From Candidatus Parcubacteria bacterium (GTDB lineage: Bacteria; Patescibacteriota; Minisyncoccia; Phycocordibacterales; Phycocordibacteraceae): DNA of 64,000 nucleotides. Location of the stretch: positions 5,270 to 69,269 of the forward strand of contig JAXDML010000007.1 of assembly GCA_034666125.1 (NCBI GenBank). Reading direction: 5' to 3'. Shown piece by piece: positions 47,342 through 56,562 of the stretch; positions within the stretch are counted from its first letter, which is position 1; every line of letters starts with the position of its first letter. The notes under the pieces were generated by a model. That model saw only the letters and a program-made list of their open reading frames with translations. It had not been told where the DNA came from and did not search any database. Made by a program: the position numbers and the translations under genes.

Positions 47342-47428
47342 CGGAGACGGTGGGATTCGAACCCACGAGGGGTGTTATCCCCTACCTCGTTAGCAGTGAG
47401 GCGCTTTCGGCCACTCAGCCACGTCTCC
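47342..47428 (-). tRNA. tRNA-Ser(GCT)
   Basis: GGAGACG..CGTCTCC-G, long variable arm, loop CTGCTAA. Confidence 0.95.
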
Positions 47429-47565
47429 ATTCTATGTGCCTGGCTATCCTACTTTATTTTATGGGCCTTTCCAACCGCTTCACTTCCTCTTCATTCTCGC
47501 AAGCTTATATATGGAAGGAACACATCTAGTACACTAGTTCCATAGAAGCTAACTTCCTTGAACCC

Positions 47566-48063
47566 ATGAACACCAAGCCTCTTTTGATAGTGCTCGCGAT
47601 CGTCGTCGTGCTGCTTATCGGATACTTCGCCTTCGCCGGAGGGAAGGCGTCCGCGCCGACCGAGACCGCAACGACCACGACTACGGGAGTTCCGACAACT
47701 GATACTTCAGGTGCGCCTGTCGTGACGACAACTACGACGACCACTCAGACGAATGTCACCATCACCTACGGGCCGAACGGTTTCTCGCCGGCAAACGTCA
47801 CCGTCGCTCCGGGAACGACCGTGACCTGGGTGAACAGCGGCAGCGGCCGCATGTGGGTCGCCTCCGACGTGCATCCGACGCATACCGAATTCGACGGGAC
47901 CTCGACCGCGCAGCATTGCGAGAACGGTACGCCGACGGGAGCGGGCGTCTTCGACGCTTGCGGTGCCGTATCGAGCTTCAGCTTCACCTTCACCAAGGCC
48001 GGTTCCTGGGACTACCACAACCACTCGCAGTCTAGCCATGGAGGTACGGTAACGGTCAGATAG
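47566..48063 (+). CDS. Membrane-anchored cupredoxin-like protein
   Basis: GFSPANVTVAPGTTVTW, HPTH, FTKAGSWDYHNH. Confidence 0.8.
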   Translation: MNTKPLLIVLAIVVVLLIGYFAFAGGKASAPTETATTTTTGVPTTDTSGAPVVTTTTTTTQTNVTITYGPNGFSPANVTVAPGTTVTWVNSGSGRMWVASDVHPTHTEFDGTSTAQHCENGTPTGAGVFDACGAVSSFSFTFTKAGSWDYHNHSQSSHGGTVTVR

Positions 48064-48111
48064 CATGACGAGGCCGTTCTCGAGCCCCTGTAGAGAGGGC
48101 TATGTACTCCC

Positions 48112-48549
48112 ATGAAGCGCACGCGCAGCGCCGGCGGCATCGTGCTTGGCGACAGCGGGACCGTCGTGCTGGTGCAGCACCGCAGCGGTAACGGGATGTG
48201 GCTCTTCCCTAAGGGGCGTCTTGAGGACGGCGAGTCGGACGGAGAAGCGGCTCGACGTGAGATCGCCGAAGAAACGGGTCTATCGGATATCGAGTTTCTG
48301 GACGACCTCGGCTCGTATGAACGGCATCCGATAAGCAAGAGCGGTACGGACGACCGTACTGAAATGAAGCAGATACATATGTTCCTGTTCGCGGCGAAAG
48401 CGGGCGCCGGTCTGGCGCCGACCGAAGAGATCGGTGCGGCGAAGTGGGTTCCTTTGACGCATGTAGCCGAGGAATGCGGAAGCGACCGCGACCGTGCGTG
48501 GTTCGCTACTGTATATAAACGGGTACGAGAAGCAGTTACTCGCGATTAG
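48112..48549 (+). CDS. NUDIX hydrolase
   Basis: FPKGRLEDGESDGEAARREIAEETGL Nudix box. Confidence 0.92.
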   Translation: MKRTRSAGGIVLGDSGTVVLVQHRSGNGMWLFPKGRLEDGESDGEAARREIAEETGLSDIEFLDDLGSYERHPISKSGTDDRTEMKQIHMFLFAAKAGAGLAPTEEIGAAKWVPLTHVAEECGSDRDRAWFATVYKRVREAVTRD

Positions 48550-48554
48550 GCGCT

Positions 48555-49691
48555 CTAACGTACCGACTTCGCGACGGTGGGAACGACGCGCCTGTCGAGG
48601 ACGTCCGGGATGATCTTCGCTGGAGTCGGGCGCGTGACGAGCGCGGCCAAGGCGCGCGCGGCGCGAAGCTTCGTGTCCTCGGTTATCTTCGTGATGCCCT
48701 TATCGAGAGCGCCCCGGAAGATGCCCGGGAAGACGAGTGCGTTGTTTATTTGGTTAGGAAAATCGGAACGTCCGGTCGCGATGACGCGAGCGCCTGCAGC
48801 GCGCGCTTGGTCCGGCAGTATCTCCGGCTCCGGGTTCGCGAGCGCGAAGACGATGGCATCCTTCGCCATGCTTGCGACCATCTCTCGCGTTACGAGGCCT
48901 CGTCCCGACACGCCGACGAATACGTCGGCGTCTGCGAGCGTCGTTTGGATGGTTCCACGCACCTTCCGCGGATTCGTACGCTTTGCGAGATCCTTCTTGT
49001 GGCCGGCGAGGCCTTTCCGTCCCGTGTAAATGGCGCCGATGCGATCGAGAACGATGATGTCGCGGACGCCGGCCGCAGTCAGGAGCTTCGCGACCGCCGT
49101 GCCTGCGGCTCCGGCTCCCGAAATGACGATACGGAGCTTCTTCAGATCCTTCCTGACGACCTTCGCCGCGTTCATGAGTCCTGCGAGCACGACGATGGCC
49201 GTGCCGTGCTGGTCGTCGTGCATGACGGGAATGTCGAGCGCCGCCTGAAGCCGCTGCTCTATCTCGAAGCACTGCGGCGCCTTGATGTCCTCGAGGTTGA
49301 TGCCGCCGAAGCCGGGCGCGATAGCGAGGACCGTCGCGATGATCTCCTCGGGGTCCTGCGTCGAGAGCACGATAGGCCAGGCGTCCACGTCCGCGAACTC
49401 CTTGAAGATGAGCGCCTTCCCCTCCATCACGGGAAGCGCGCCGTACGGGCCGATGTTCCCGAGGCCCAGGACCGCAGAACCGTCGGAAACGACGGCGACG
49501 GAGTTCCGCTTTACGGAAAGCTGCCGCGCAACCTGCGGCTGCGCGGCCAGGCGCATGCTCGCCACGCCGACGCCGGGCGTGTAGTAGAGGGCGAGGTCTT
49601 CCTTGGAGCGGAGCTTTACCCGGGACGCAGTACCGATACGCGCGCCGACTTTTTTATAGGCATTCAGTATCTTCCGCTCGCGTGGGGTCAT
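48555..49691 (-). CDS. NAD(P)-dependent malic enzyme
   Basis: YYTPGV, VMEGK, NLEDI, HDDQHGTA, GAGAAG, ATGRSDFPNQINN. Confidence 0.95.
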   Translation of the reverse strand: MTPRERKILNAYKKVGARIGTASRVKLRSKEDLALYYTPGVGVASMRLAAQPQVARQLSVKRNSVAVVSDGSAVLGLGNIGPYGALPVMEGKALIFKEFADVDAWPIVLSTQDPEEIIATVLAIAPGFGGINLEDIKAPQCFEIEQRLQAALDIPVMHDDQHGTAIVVLAGLMNAAKVVRKDLKKLRIVISGAGAAGTAVAKLLTAAGVRDIIVLDRIGAIYTGRKGLAGHKKDLAKRTNPRKVRGTIQTTLADADVFVGVSGRGLVTREMVASMAKDAIVFALANPEPEILPDQARAAGARVIATGRSDFPNQINNALVFPGIFRGALDKGITKITEDTKLRAARALAALVTRPTPAKIIPDVLDRRVVPTVAKSVR

Positions 49692-49710
49692 AGACGCATC
49701 AGTATATAAC

Positions 49711-49742
49711 GAAACAGGCCGTCCTTAAGGACGGCCTGTTTC
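49711..49742. terminator. Perfect 32-bp palindrome / terminator
   Basis: GAAACAGGCCGTCCTTAAGGACGGCCTGTTTC. Confidence 0.7.
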
Positions 49743-49764
49743 TTCGTATTTCGGTTAGTGAAGT

Positions 49765-51279
49765 CTACCTAGCCGGTATGACGACGGGGTAAGGCCGTGA
49801 AAGGGTTCTGATGATGACCGTTCCCTTCGCGAGCTCGACATTACCCGGTCCGTATACCTGAACGGTATACATCCCGTCGGCAAGGTCGGTCGCGACCTTA
49901 TGCGACCACTTCCCGCCCACGACTGGAATGGAGCCGCTTCCGTAGACCTTGTCACCGTTACTGATCGCGATGCCCACGGTCGATGCGCCTGTCGCGGTAC
50001 CCGTGAGAGTCGGGTTTGCAGAGAAGTAGCTGCCGGAGCTGACGGTCGCAGTAGCGGCCGGGGGTGGCGTAGGGGTAGGCGGTGGAAGAGGAGGAGGAGG
50101 AGGGGGTGGCGGTGGCGGTGGCGGTGGCGGTGGCGGTGGCGGTGGCGGTGGCGGTGGCGGTGGCGGTGGCGGTGGCGGTGGCGGCAAGATTATACCCGGA
50201 CCCCTACTATAGATCTCCTTCGTTCCCCATGTGCATCGTATAGAGACATTCGGGTTGTTCCCCGCGTTCAGGATGCAGTTGGACAGAGCAGCGGCCTCTG
50301 TAATGTTCCTTGTCTCGATGAAAAGGCTGCCGTTCATGTAGCCGCGATAGGTATCGAGCGCCTCGGTCAGGGTAAGGGTCGTGGTGCTCGTGTTCTCGGC
50401 GAGAAGCGGGCCGTCCTTCTCACCCGTCGCCGGACCGTATATCCGGACTCGCGGATTGTAGACTCCCGGACCGAGGTCGTATCCGCTCGTGCGCACGAGC
50501 TCTCCTATGCGAGCATCGCTCCCTTCGTGCGCTGCACGGCACGGAAGGTCGGCCGGAAAGCCATACGCCTGTCCCGAGCCCTGGCGGACAAGATGGGAGC
50601 ATACGGTCGATCCGGCGGGAACGCCATGGCCGATGAATGTGATGGCGTACCCGGCACCGGAGCCGGCAACGGCCTCCCTGTTGCTCGGATTAGTGATCAC
50701 TACCGTCGTCTGGGTTATCGCGGAGTCGGGAATCGCGATCATGTCCGTCTCGAAGCCCTCGTAATCATCATCGTCCTGATCGATCGCGAAGTGGATGACG
50801 GGAGCGGAGGGAAACGCCGCGTAGCCGAGCTTCGTAAGGCCGATGCCGTACGTTCCGTTCTTATCCGGATTGAGCGTTACCGTGAGCGTAAACGTTTCGG
50901 TATCGCCCCTCTGGATATGGTAGTAGTTGCCGACACGGGCTGTATCCGACAAAAGGATGCCTGCGCGCTGACCGCTGAACGAGCCATAGACCGCATACGT
51001 AGCTCCGACGGCGCCGCTCGTATCCGTCGAGACGGGTATGTAGACAGCCCTGCCTTCGGCAGTCACCTCAAACGTGATTCTGAAGGTTCCGTAGCTCCCC
51101 GAGATCGGGGACATGACCGTTACATTCTGATCGGTATCCACCGACTCGATGGAGATGGCGTCGGCCGGTAGCGCAGGAACTGGCCGTCCGGGCTGGATAG
51201 CGGCAAGTGCCGGGACTGAAGACGCGAGAAAGGCGAGCGCAAGTACGAACAGTGCTGAAAAACGAAGGATATAGGCCAT
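49765..51279 (-). CDS. Secreted multi-Ig-like surface protein with polyproline linker
   Basis: Signal peptide, beta-rich modules, 32 consecutive Pro, C-terminal PTLTGTA..LADGMYTV Ig-like domain. Confidence 0.75.
   Translation of the reverse strand: MAYILRFSALFVLALAFLASSVPALAAIQPGRPVPALPADAISIESVDTDQNVTVMSPISGSYGTFRITFEVTAEGRAVYIPVSTDTSGAVGATYAVYGSFSGQRAGILLSDTARVGNYYHIQRGDTETFTLTVTLNPDKNGTYGIGLTKLGYAAFPSAPVIHFAIDQDDDDYEGFETDMIAIPDSAITQTTVVITNPSNREAVAGSGAGYAITFIGHGVPAGSTVCSHLVRQGSGQAYGFPADLPCRAAHEGSDARIGELVRTSGYDLGPGVYNPRVRIYGPATGEKDGPLLAENTSTTTLTLTEALDTYRGYMNGSLFIETRNITEAAALSNCILNAGNNPNVSIRCTWGTKEIYSRGPGIILPPPPPPPPPPPPPPPPPPPPPPPPPPPPPPPPLPPPTPTPPPAATATVSSGSYFSANPTLTGTATGASTVGIAISNGDKVYGSGSIPVVGGKWSHKVATDLADGMYTVQVYGPGNVELAKGTVIIRTLSRPYPVVIPAR
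50105..50182. repeat. (GGTGGC)x13 tandem repeat encoding polyproline
   Basis: Direct count of the hexamer. Confidence 0.92.
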
Positions 51280-51353
51280 GCGGGTAGGTAATGGAGTAAT
51301 ACCTATACTCTACCACATAATCTATAATTCTGCAAGCCCTGCCGCAGGGGAAC

Positions 51354-52715
51354 CTAAGGCGCTTGGGAACAGAGTATGAGGAGCGCCTTCGCGGTCTTGG
51401 GACCGACTGCCCCGTAGCCGGTCGTTTCCGGAGTGCCGGAGGAGGCGATGCCGCTCTTCTTCTGGAATGCCTGCACCGCGCGCAGCGTCGCCGGGCCGAA
51501 CCAGCCGGTCACGAGTCCTTCCGGATACAGGGCCTTGTCCTTCGCGAGGATGGTCTGCAGCCGCTTGACCGCGCCGGTGGTATCTATGTCCTTCTCATTC
51601 TTTGCGGGAAGGATCGTCTGCGTGAACGGTGCGCATGCTACCGCGACGGGCTTGTCCGGCATGACGGGCGAGGTCGTCGCCACCGGCAAGGGAGTGAACG
51701 GAACTGTTGGCGTGACAGGTGTCGAAGTCGCGACCGGAGGAGTGGTCGTCGCTATCGGTACTACTGGCTCGGGCCATTTTGTCGGTAGTTTCGCAACCTT
51801 GCGCGGGTTCTTTACCGGATCGTCGAAGAAATCCTGGAGCGCGAGATACGTCTGGTACGCCGCATCCTTCGTCACCGTCCGGCGATGTTCGGGAAGCGTG
51901 AAGCGCGGCTCGGTGATGTAGCCGTACTCGATAAGGACGCTCGGCACGTTTAGCGTGCCATACGCTCCCATGGCGATGAGTTCCCGGTCCTCGACGACTC
52001 CCCTGCTCTCGCCCGGAAGCGTGGAGACATCCGAAAGCGCGGAAAGCCGCTCGGCGATGTCGCGTCCGAGCTCTTTCGCGGTCTTGCTGTTGCCGTATGC
52101 CGAGTCCGGCACGTAGACGGCGTAGCCGTTGTACTTGGAAGGCGCGTTCGCCCCATGGTCGGGGGCGTCGTTTATGTGCAGGTTCACGACCAGATCGATG
52201 TCGTTCTCGTTTGCCCACTTATTAATGCCGTAGAGGCGGAGCGCGACATCCTCCGGCGCGACCGAGTGCTCGACCTGGCTACCGTCCTCGATCTCCTCGA
52301 TGGAGCCTTTCTTCACGAGCTTCGCGAAAGCTTTCTTCTGCTTCTTCACGAACTTCTGTATATCCTTCTCTTCCTTATCGAAGTATTTCGTCAGGCCCTT
52401 GTTCCAGGAATCGTTGCCGCGCGTCACGATGACCTCGTACTTCGAATTGCCTTTCAGGAGACGCTCCAGCTCATCGGCTATCTCCGTCACGATCTCACGC
52501 TCGTATACGCCCTGATAGACTGCGCCGCCGTATCCGGGCTCGTGCCCTGCCGCGATGAGTATACGTACGGTGTCCCCGTCATACTGTTTGCGGAGCTCCG
52601 CAGCCGTCTCGCCCTTGGCGAAGCCGTCCTTGGTCGCCGCGATGGCGAGCGTCGGACTCGCAACTAATGAAAAGATGAGAATAAAAGAAAGAAAAGAAGT
52701 GAATGTGCGTGCCAT
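51354..52715 (-). CDS. N-acetylmuramoyl-L-alanine amidase with peptidoglycan-binding domain
   Basis: IAAGH..E, NLHIN, PSVLIEYGYI; TGWFGPATLRAVQAFQ. Confidence 0.85.
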   Translation of the reverse strand: MARTFTSFLSFILIFSLVASPTLAIAATKDGFAKGETAAELRKQYDGDTVRILIAAGHEPGYGGAVYQGVYEREIVTEIADELERLLKGNSKYEVIVTRGNDSWNKGLTKYFDKEEKDIQKFVKKQKKAFAKLVKKGSIEEIEDGSQVEHSVAPEDVALRLYGINKWANENDIDLVVNLHINDAPDHGANAPSKYNGYAVYVPDSAYGNSKTAKELGRDIAERLSALSDVSTLPGESRGVVEDRELIAMGAYGTLNVPSVLIEYGYITEPRFTLPEHRRTVTKDAAYQTYLALQDFFDDPVKNPRKVAKLPTKWPEPVVPIATTTPPVATSTPVTPTVPFTPLPVATTSPVMPDKPVAVACAPFTQTILPAKNEKDIDTTGAVKRLQTILAKDKALYPEGLVTGWFGPATLRAVQAFQKKSGIASSGTPETTGYGAVGPKTAKALLILCSQAP

Positions 52716-52788
52716 ATGCCATTTAGTATACCTGATGCAATGAAAACCTCATGATGAGCTGACGCGGGGAAAACGATATACTTACGCA

Positions 52789-54963
52789 ATGCGCGCGGAC
52801 GACATCCTCATTTCGCACTTCACCCGGCTCAAGCCCGACCAGAAGTCGGCGCTGAAACGCCTCGGTATCGAGACCATTCGCGACCTTCTCTATCACTTCC
52901 CCGCTCGGTATGAAGCCGCAGGACCGACAGGCACGGTCGCGGCGGTCGCGCCCGGGACCGAGGTCACGCTGTACGGCACCATCCGGAAACCCGAGACCCG
53001 CAAAGCCTGGAAGAGCCGTCGTCCGATGGCCGAGGCATGGCTCGAGGACGCGAGCGGAAAGATAAAACTCATGTGGTTCAACCAGCCGTACATCGCGAAG
53101 ACGCTTGCGGAGGGGCAGGTGGTGAAGGCAAGCGGGCGCATCGCGGGAATCGGTAGCAAGATGTACCTCGCGAACCCGGAGATCGACCGCTCGGCGGTGT
53201 CGGCGGAGGACGTGCACGGCTCACTGTTCACGAAGACCGACGGCGACACGCCTCTCGTCGAGGACGCGCTGTACGCCATCTATCCCGAGAGCAAGGGCGT
53301 GTCGTCGCTCTGGTTCCTGCATGCGATGAAGCGCGTCTTCGCCGCAGGCGTGCACGAGAGCATCATCGATCCGATACCGGGAGACATACTCAAGCGATAC
53401 AAGCTGCCGGTTCTCTCGACCGCGCTCGTCTTCCTGCACGCACCCAAGAAGGAGTCGGACGCGCAAGCCGCGCGGAAGCGTTTCGCCTTCGAGGAGATAT
53501 TCGGTCTGCAGCTTGCGCTTGCGCGGGAGCGCGCGAAGGCGGTACAGGAAAAGGCGCTCCCCGTGCATGTGGACCGCACGACGCTCGATACATTCGTAAA
53601 GTCATTCCCCTTCCCATCAACGAGCGCGCAAACGCGGGCCATCGAGAGTGTGGTGCATGACTTCGAGAAGATGCATCCGATGCGGCGCCTGCTTGAAGGC
53701 GACGTCGGAAGCGGCAAAACCGCCGTTGCCGCAGCGACGGCGTATATGGTCGCGACCTCTACTCCCCCGGGCCGCGCATCCGGCACTCTCCAGGTCGCCT
53801 ATATGTGTCCGACCGAGATCCTCGCGAAGCAGCACTTCTCGACCTTCGTCTCGTACTTCCGGGACCATCCCATCCCGATCGGCCTCATCACCGGGAGCGA
53901 GTGCCGGAAGTTCCCGTCGAAGGTCGGGTACGAGGAATCGGCGAAGGTATCGCGCGCGCAGTTCGCGAAGTGGGTCGCGGGCGGCGAGATCCCGATCGTC
54001 ATCGGCACGCACGCGCTCGTGTACAAATCGCTTGAATTCCAGAACCTCGCGTACGCGATCATCGACGAGCAGCATCGCTTCGGGAAGGCCCACCGACAGA
54101 AGCTCACGAAGAAGCACGCCATCTCTCCGCATCTCCTTTCCATGACCGCGACGCCTATTCCGCGTACCCTCGCCCTCACCCTCTATGGCGACCTCGATCT
54201 TTCGCTCCTCGACGAGATGCCCAAGGGACGCAAGTCCATCATTACGGAGATCGCGGGGCCGGAGAAGCGCGAGGAGGCATACGAGCGCGTGCGCGCCGAG
54301 ATGCAGAACGGTCGGCAGGTATACGTCATCTGTCCGCGTATCGACGAACCGGACCCGACGAAGGAGCTCGCCGTGCAGGCAAAGTCAGTGAAAGCCGAAG
54401 CCGAACGCCTCAAGAAGAACGTATTCCCGAACGCCACCATCGATATCCTGCACAGCAAGATGACGCCTGCGGCGAAAGAGAGTGTAATGAAGTCGTTCGA
54501 GGCTGGTGCTATCGATATACTCGTCGCCACGTCCGTCGTTGAGGTGGGCGTGAACGTCCCGAACGCCACCGTCATTCTGATAGAAGGCGCGGAGCGCTTC
54601 GGTCTCGCGCAGCTTCACCAGCTGCGCGGCCGCGTTATCCGGAGCAATCATCAGGCGTACTGTTTCGTGCTTCCGGAGTCGTACGGCCCCGCGACCAAGG
54701 ACCGTCTGAAGGCTCTCACGACCGCCAAGGACGGCTTCGAGCTTGCCGAGTACGACCTCGCGCTTCGCGGCGCGGGCGAGCTCGCGGGGAATCGCCAGTG
54801 GGGCGTCTCCGACATCGCCATGGAGGCCATCAAGAACCTCCGGCTCGTGGAAGCCGCCCGCGAGGAATCAACGAAGCTCGTCGAGAGCGATCCCGAACTC
54901 AAGAAGCATCCAGCGCTCCGCGCCATCGTCGAGGAGAAGACGAAGAAGCTGTACATGGAATAG
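52789..54963 (+). CDS. recG: ATP-dependent DNA helicase RecG
   Basis: GDVGSGKT, DEQHRFG, MTATPIPRTL, QLHQLRGRV. Confidence 0.96.
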   Translation: MRADDILISHFTRLKPDQKSALKRLGIETIRDLLYHFPARYEAAGPTGTVAAVAPGTEVTLYGTIRKPETRKAWKSRRPMAEAWLEDASGKIKLMWFNQPYIAKTLAEGQVVKASGRIAGIGSKMYLANPEIDRSAVSAEDVHGSLFTKTDGDTPLVEDALYAIYPESKGVSSLWFLHAMKRVFAAGVHESIIDPIPGDILKRYKLPVLSTALVFLHAPKKESDAQAARKRFAFEEIFGLQLALARERAKAVQEKALPVHVDRTTLDTFVKSFPFPSTSAQTRAIESVVHDFEKMHPMRRLLEGDVGSGKTAVAAATAYMVATSTPPGRASGTLQVAYMCPTEILAKQHFSTFVSYFRDHPIPIGLITGSECRKFPSKVGYEESAKVSRAQFAKWVAGGEIPIVIGTHALVYKSLEFQNLAYAIIDEQHRFGKAHRQKLTKKHAISPHLLSMTATPIPRTLALTLYGDLDLSLLDEMPKGRKSIITEIAGPEKREEAYERVRAEMQNGRQVYVICPRIDEPDPTKELAVQAKSVKAEAERLKKNVFPNATIDILHSKMTPAAKESVMKSFEAGAIDILVATSVVEVGVNVPNATVILIEGAERFGLAQLHQLRGRVIRSNHQAYCFVLPESYGPATKDRLKALTTAKDGFELAEYDLALRGAGELAGNRQWGVSDIAMEAIKNLRLVEAAREESTKLVESDPELKKHPALRAIVEEKTKKLYME

Positions 54964-55010
54964 GGAAAAGTTGTACGTTCTGTCCAGAACGGATATCCTG
55001 CAAGGAACAC

Positions 55011-55850
55011 ATGCGTCACTTCACTCTCAAGAATTTCATTATCGGCTTAGTCTGCATATTCGCCGCGATCGGCCTCTTCCTGGTGCTCGGATACTTTGCC
55101 GTTAAGTTCGGCATCACTAACGAGAAAGGCGTCATCGACGTGCAGCGCGAGGCGTTCTTCGGAGCGGACTCGGCGCAACCCGCCGCTGCGGAGAACCGGT
55201 TTACCGGGCCCTGGCAGGAGTCGGAGGAATGGATGGTCATGGACGCCGCGATACGCCGGGATCAGGCGGTCATCGAGCGCGCCGCGCGCGACTCGGACGT
55301 CTCATCTCGTCTTATAGTGGCGAACCTGGTCTCCGAGCAGCTGCGGCTCTTCTTCACCGAGCGCGAAGCGTACAAGAAATGGTTCTACCCGCTCAAGATA
55401 CTCGGGCCGCAATCGCAGTTCTCCTGGGGCGTGATGGGCATGAAGGAGGATACGGCAGTGATGGTCGAGAATAACCTCAAAGACCCCGCTTCTCCGTATT
55501 ATCTCGGTCCGCAGTACGAGCATCTCCTCGACTTCAAGACTGCCGACGTCGTCGCCGGCGAGCGCTTCACGCGCATGACCGACCAGCACGACCATTACTG
55601 GAGCTATCTCTACGCCGGCCTGTACCTGAAGCAGATCGAGACGCAGTGGGAACGCGCGGGCTTTCCTATTGATGACCGTCCGGATGTCCTTTCAACGCTC
55701 TTTAATATTGGCTTCAAGTACTCGGTGCCGAAAGCGAACCCGCAGGTGGGCGGCGCGGCAATCACCCTCTCGAATGGCACGAAGAGCTTCGGCGGCCTCG
55801 CGCAGGAGTTCTATGATTCCGACCTCCTGATCGACATCTTCCCGCGATAA
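55011..55850 (+). CDS. Membrane-anchored hypothetical protein, possibly lysozyme/SLT-like fold
   Basis: N-terminal TM; RLIVANLVSEQ, SWGVMGMK, LFNIG. Confidence 0.55.
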   Translation: MRHFTLKNFIIGLVCIFAAIGLFLVLGYFAVKFGITNEKGVIDVQREAFFGADSAQPAAAENRFTGPWQESEEWMVMDAAIRRDQAVIERAARDSDVSSRLIVANLVSEQLRLFFTEREAYKKWFYPLKILGPQSQFSWGVMGMKEDTAVMVENNLKDPASPYYLGPQYEHLLDFKTADVVAGERFTRMTDQHDHYWSYLYAGLYLKQIETQWERAGFPIDDRPDVLSTLFNIGFKYSVPKANPQVGGAAITLSNGTKSFGGLAQEFYDSDLLIDIFPR

Positions 55851-55875
55851 GCGAGGTGCGCTAGAGTAGCCAGAG

Positions 55876-55949
55876 CCACCCTTAGCTCAGTTGGTTAGAG
55901 CACGGAGCTTATACCTCCGCGGTCCTTGGTTCGAATCCAAGAGGGTGGA
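55876..55949 (+). tRNA. tRNA-Ile(TAT)
   Basis: CCACCCT/AGGGTGG-A, D-arm GCTC/GAGC, anticodon arm CGGAG-CTTATAC-CTCCG, T-loop TTCGAAT. Confidence 0.88.
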
Positions 55950-55950
55950 C

Positions 55951-56562
55951 ATGCAATCAAGCCCATACGACGTCGTCCTGCTTCCAGACGAGACCGTGGC
56001 CCGGAAGGCCATAGTGCTTAGCCGCGAACTTGCACAACATGGTTCCCATTTCACGCTGGACGGGGTCAGCTACTATCCTCATGTCTCACTCTATATGCTC
56101 CAGTTACGTGAAGACGATCTTCAAAAGGCACTGGAAAAGCTTTCGTCACTAGCTGAAAGGACCCGGACGGTCACCGCAACCGCAGATCAGTATCACAGAT
56201 CTGCTGGATACTTAAGCGTTAAGTATGTGAAGTCCGGAGATTTTACGCGGGTACAGGACGACGTTATTCGTGAATTGAATCCTTTACGCGATGGTCTCCG
56301 CCAGAAAGACAAAGGTCGTTTAGCGACGATAGAAGGAGCGGAACGGGACAATATTCTCGAGTACGGATATAGGAGCGTCGGTAACGAATTCTTCCCTCAT
56401 CTTACTTTCACCAGATTCGTATCTCCTGACGAACCGCTTCCTGAGGCGCTTCCTCCGAAGGAGGATTTTGACGGAGAGTATCTACAGCTAGGGTTACTGG
56501 AGATGGGCGATAACGGAACGTGTATCAGGCTTCTCAAAGCCTGGGAACTAGAGAGAGATTAG
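55951..56562 (+). CDS. 2H phosphoesterase superfamily protein
   Basis: Two HxS/T motifs: YPHVSL and FPHLTF. Confidence 0.75.
   Translation: MQSSPYDVVLLPDETVARKAIVLSRELAQHGSHFTLDGVSYYPHVSLYMLQLREDDLQKALEKLSSLAERTRTVTATADQYHRSAGYLSVKYVKSGDFTRVQDDVIRELNPLRDGLRQKDKGRLATIEGAERDNILEYGYRSVGNEFFPHLTFTRFVSPDEPLPEALPPKEDFDGEYLQLGLLEMGDNGTCIRLLKAWELERD

Noticed and set aside
49900-51171. ORF with an (RW)n run
   Set aside because: Antisense reading of the polyproline repeat.
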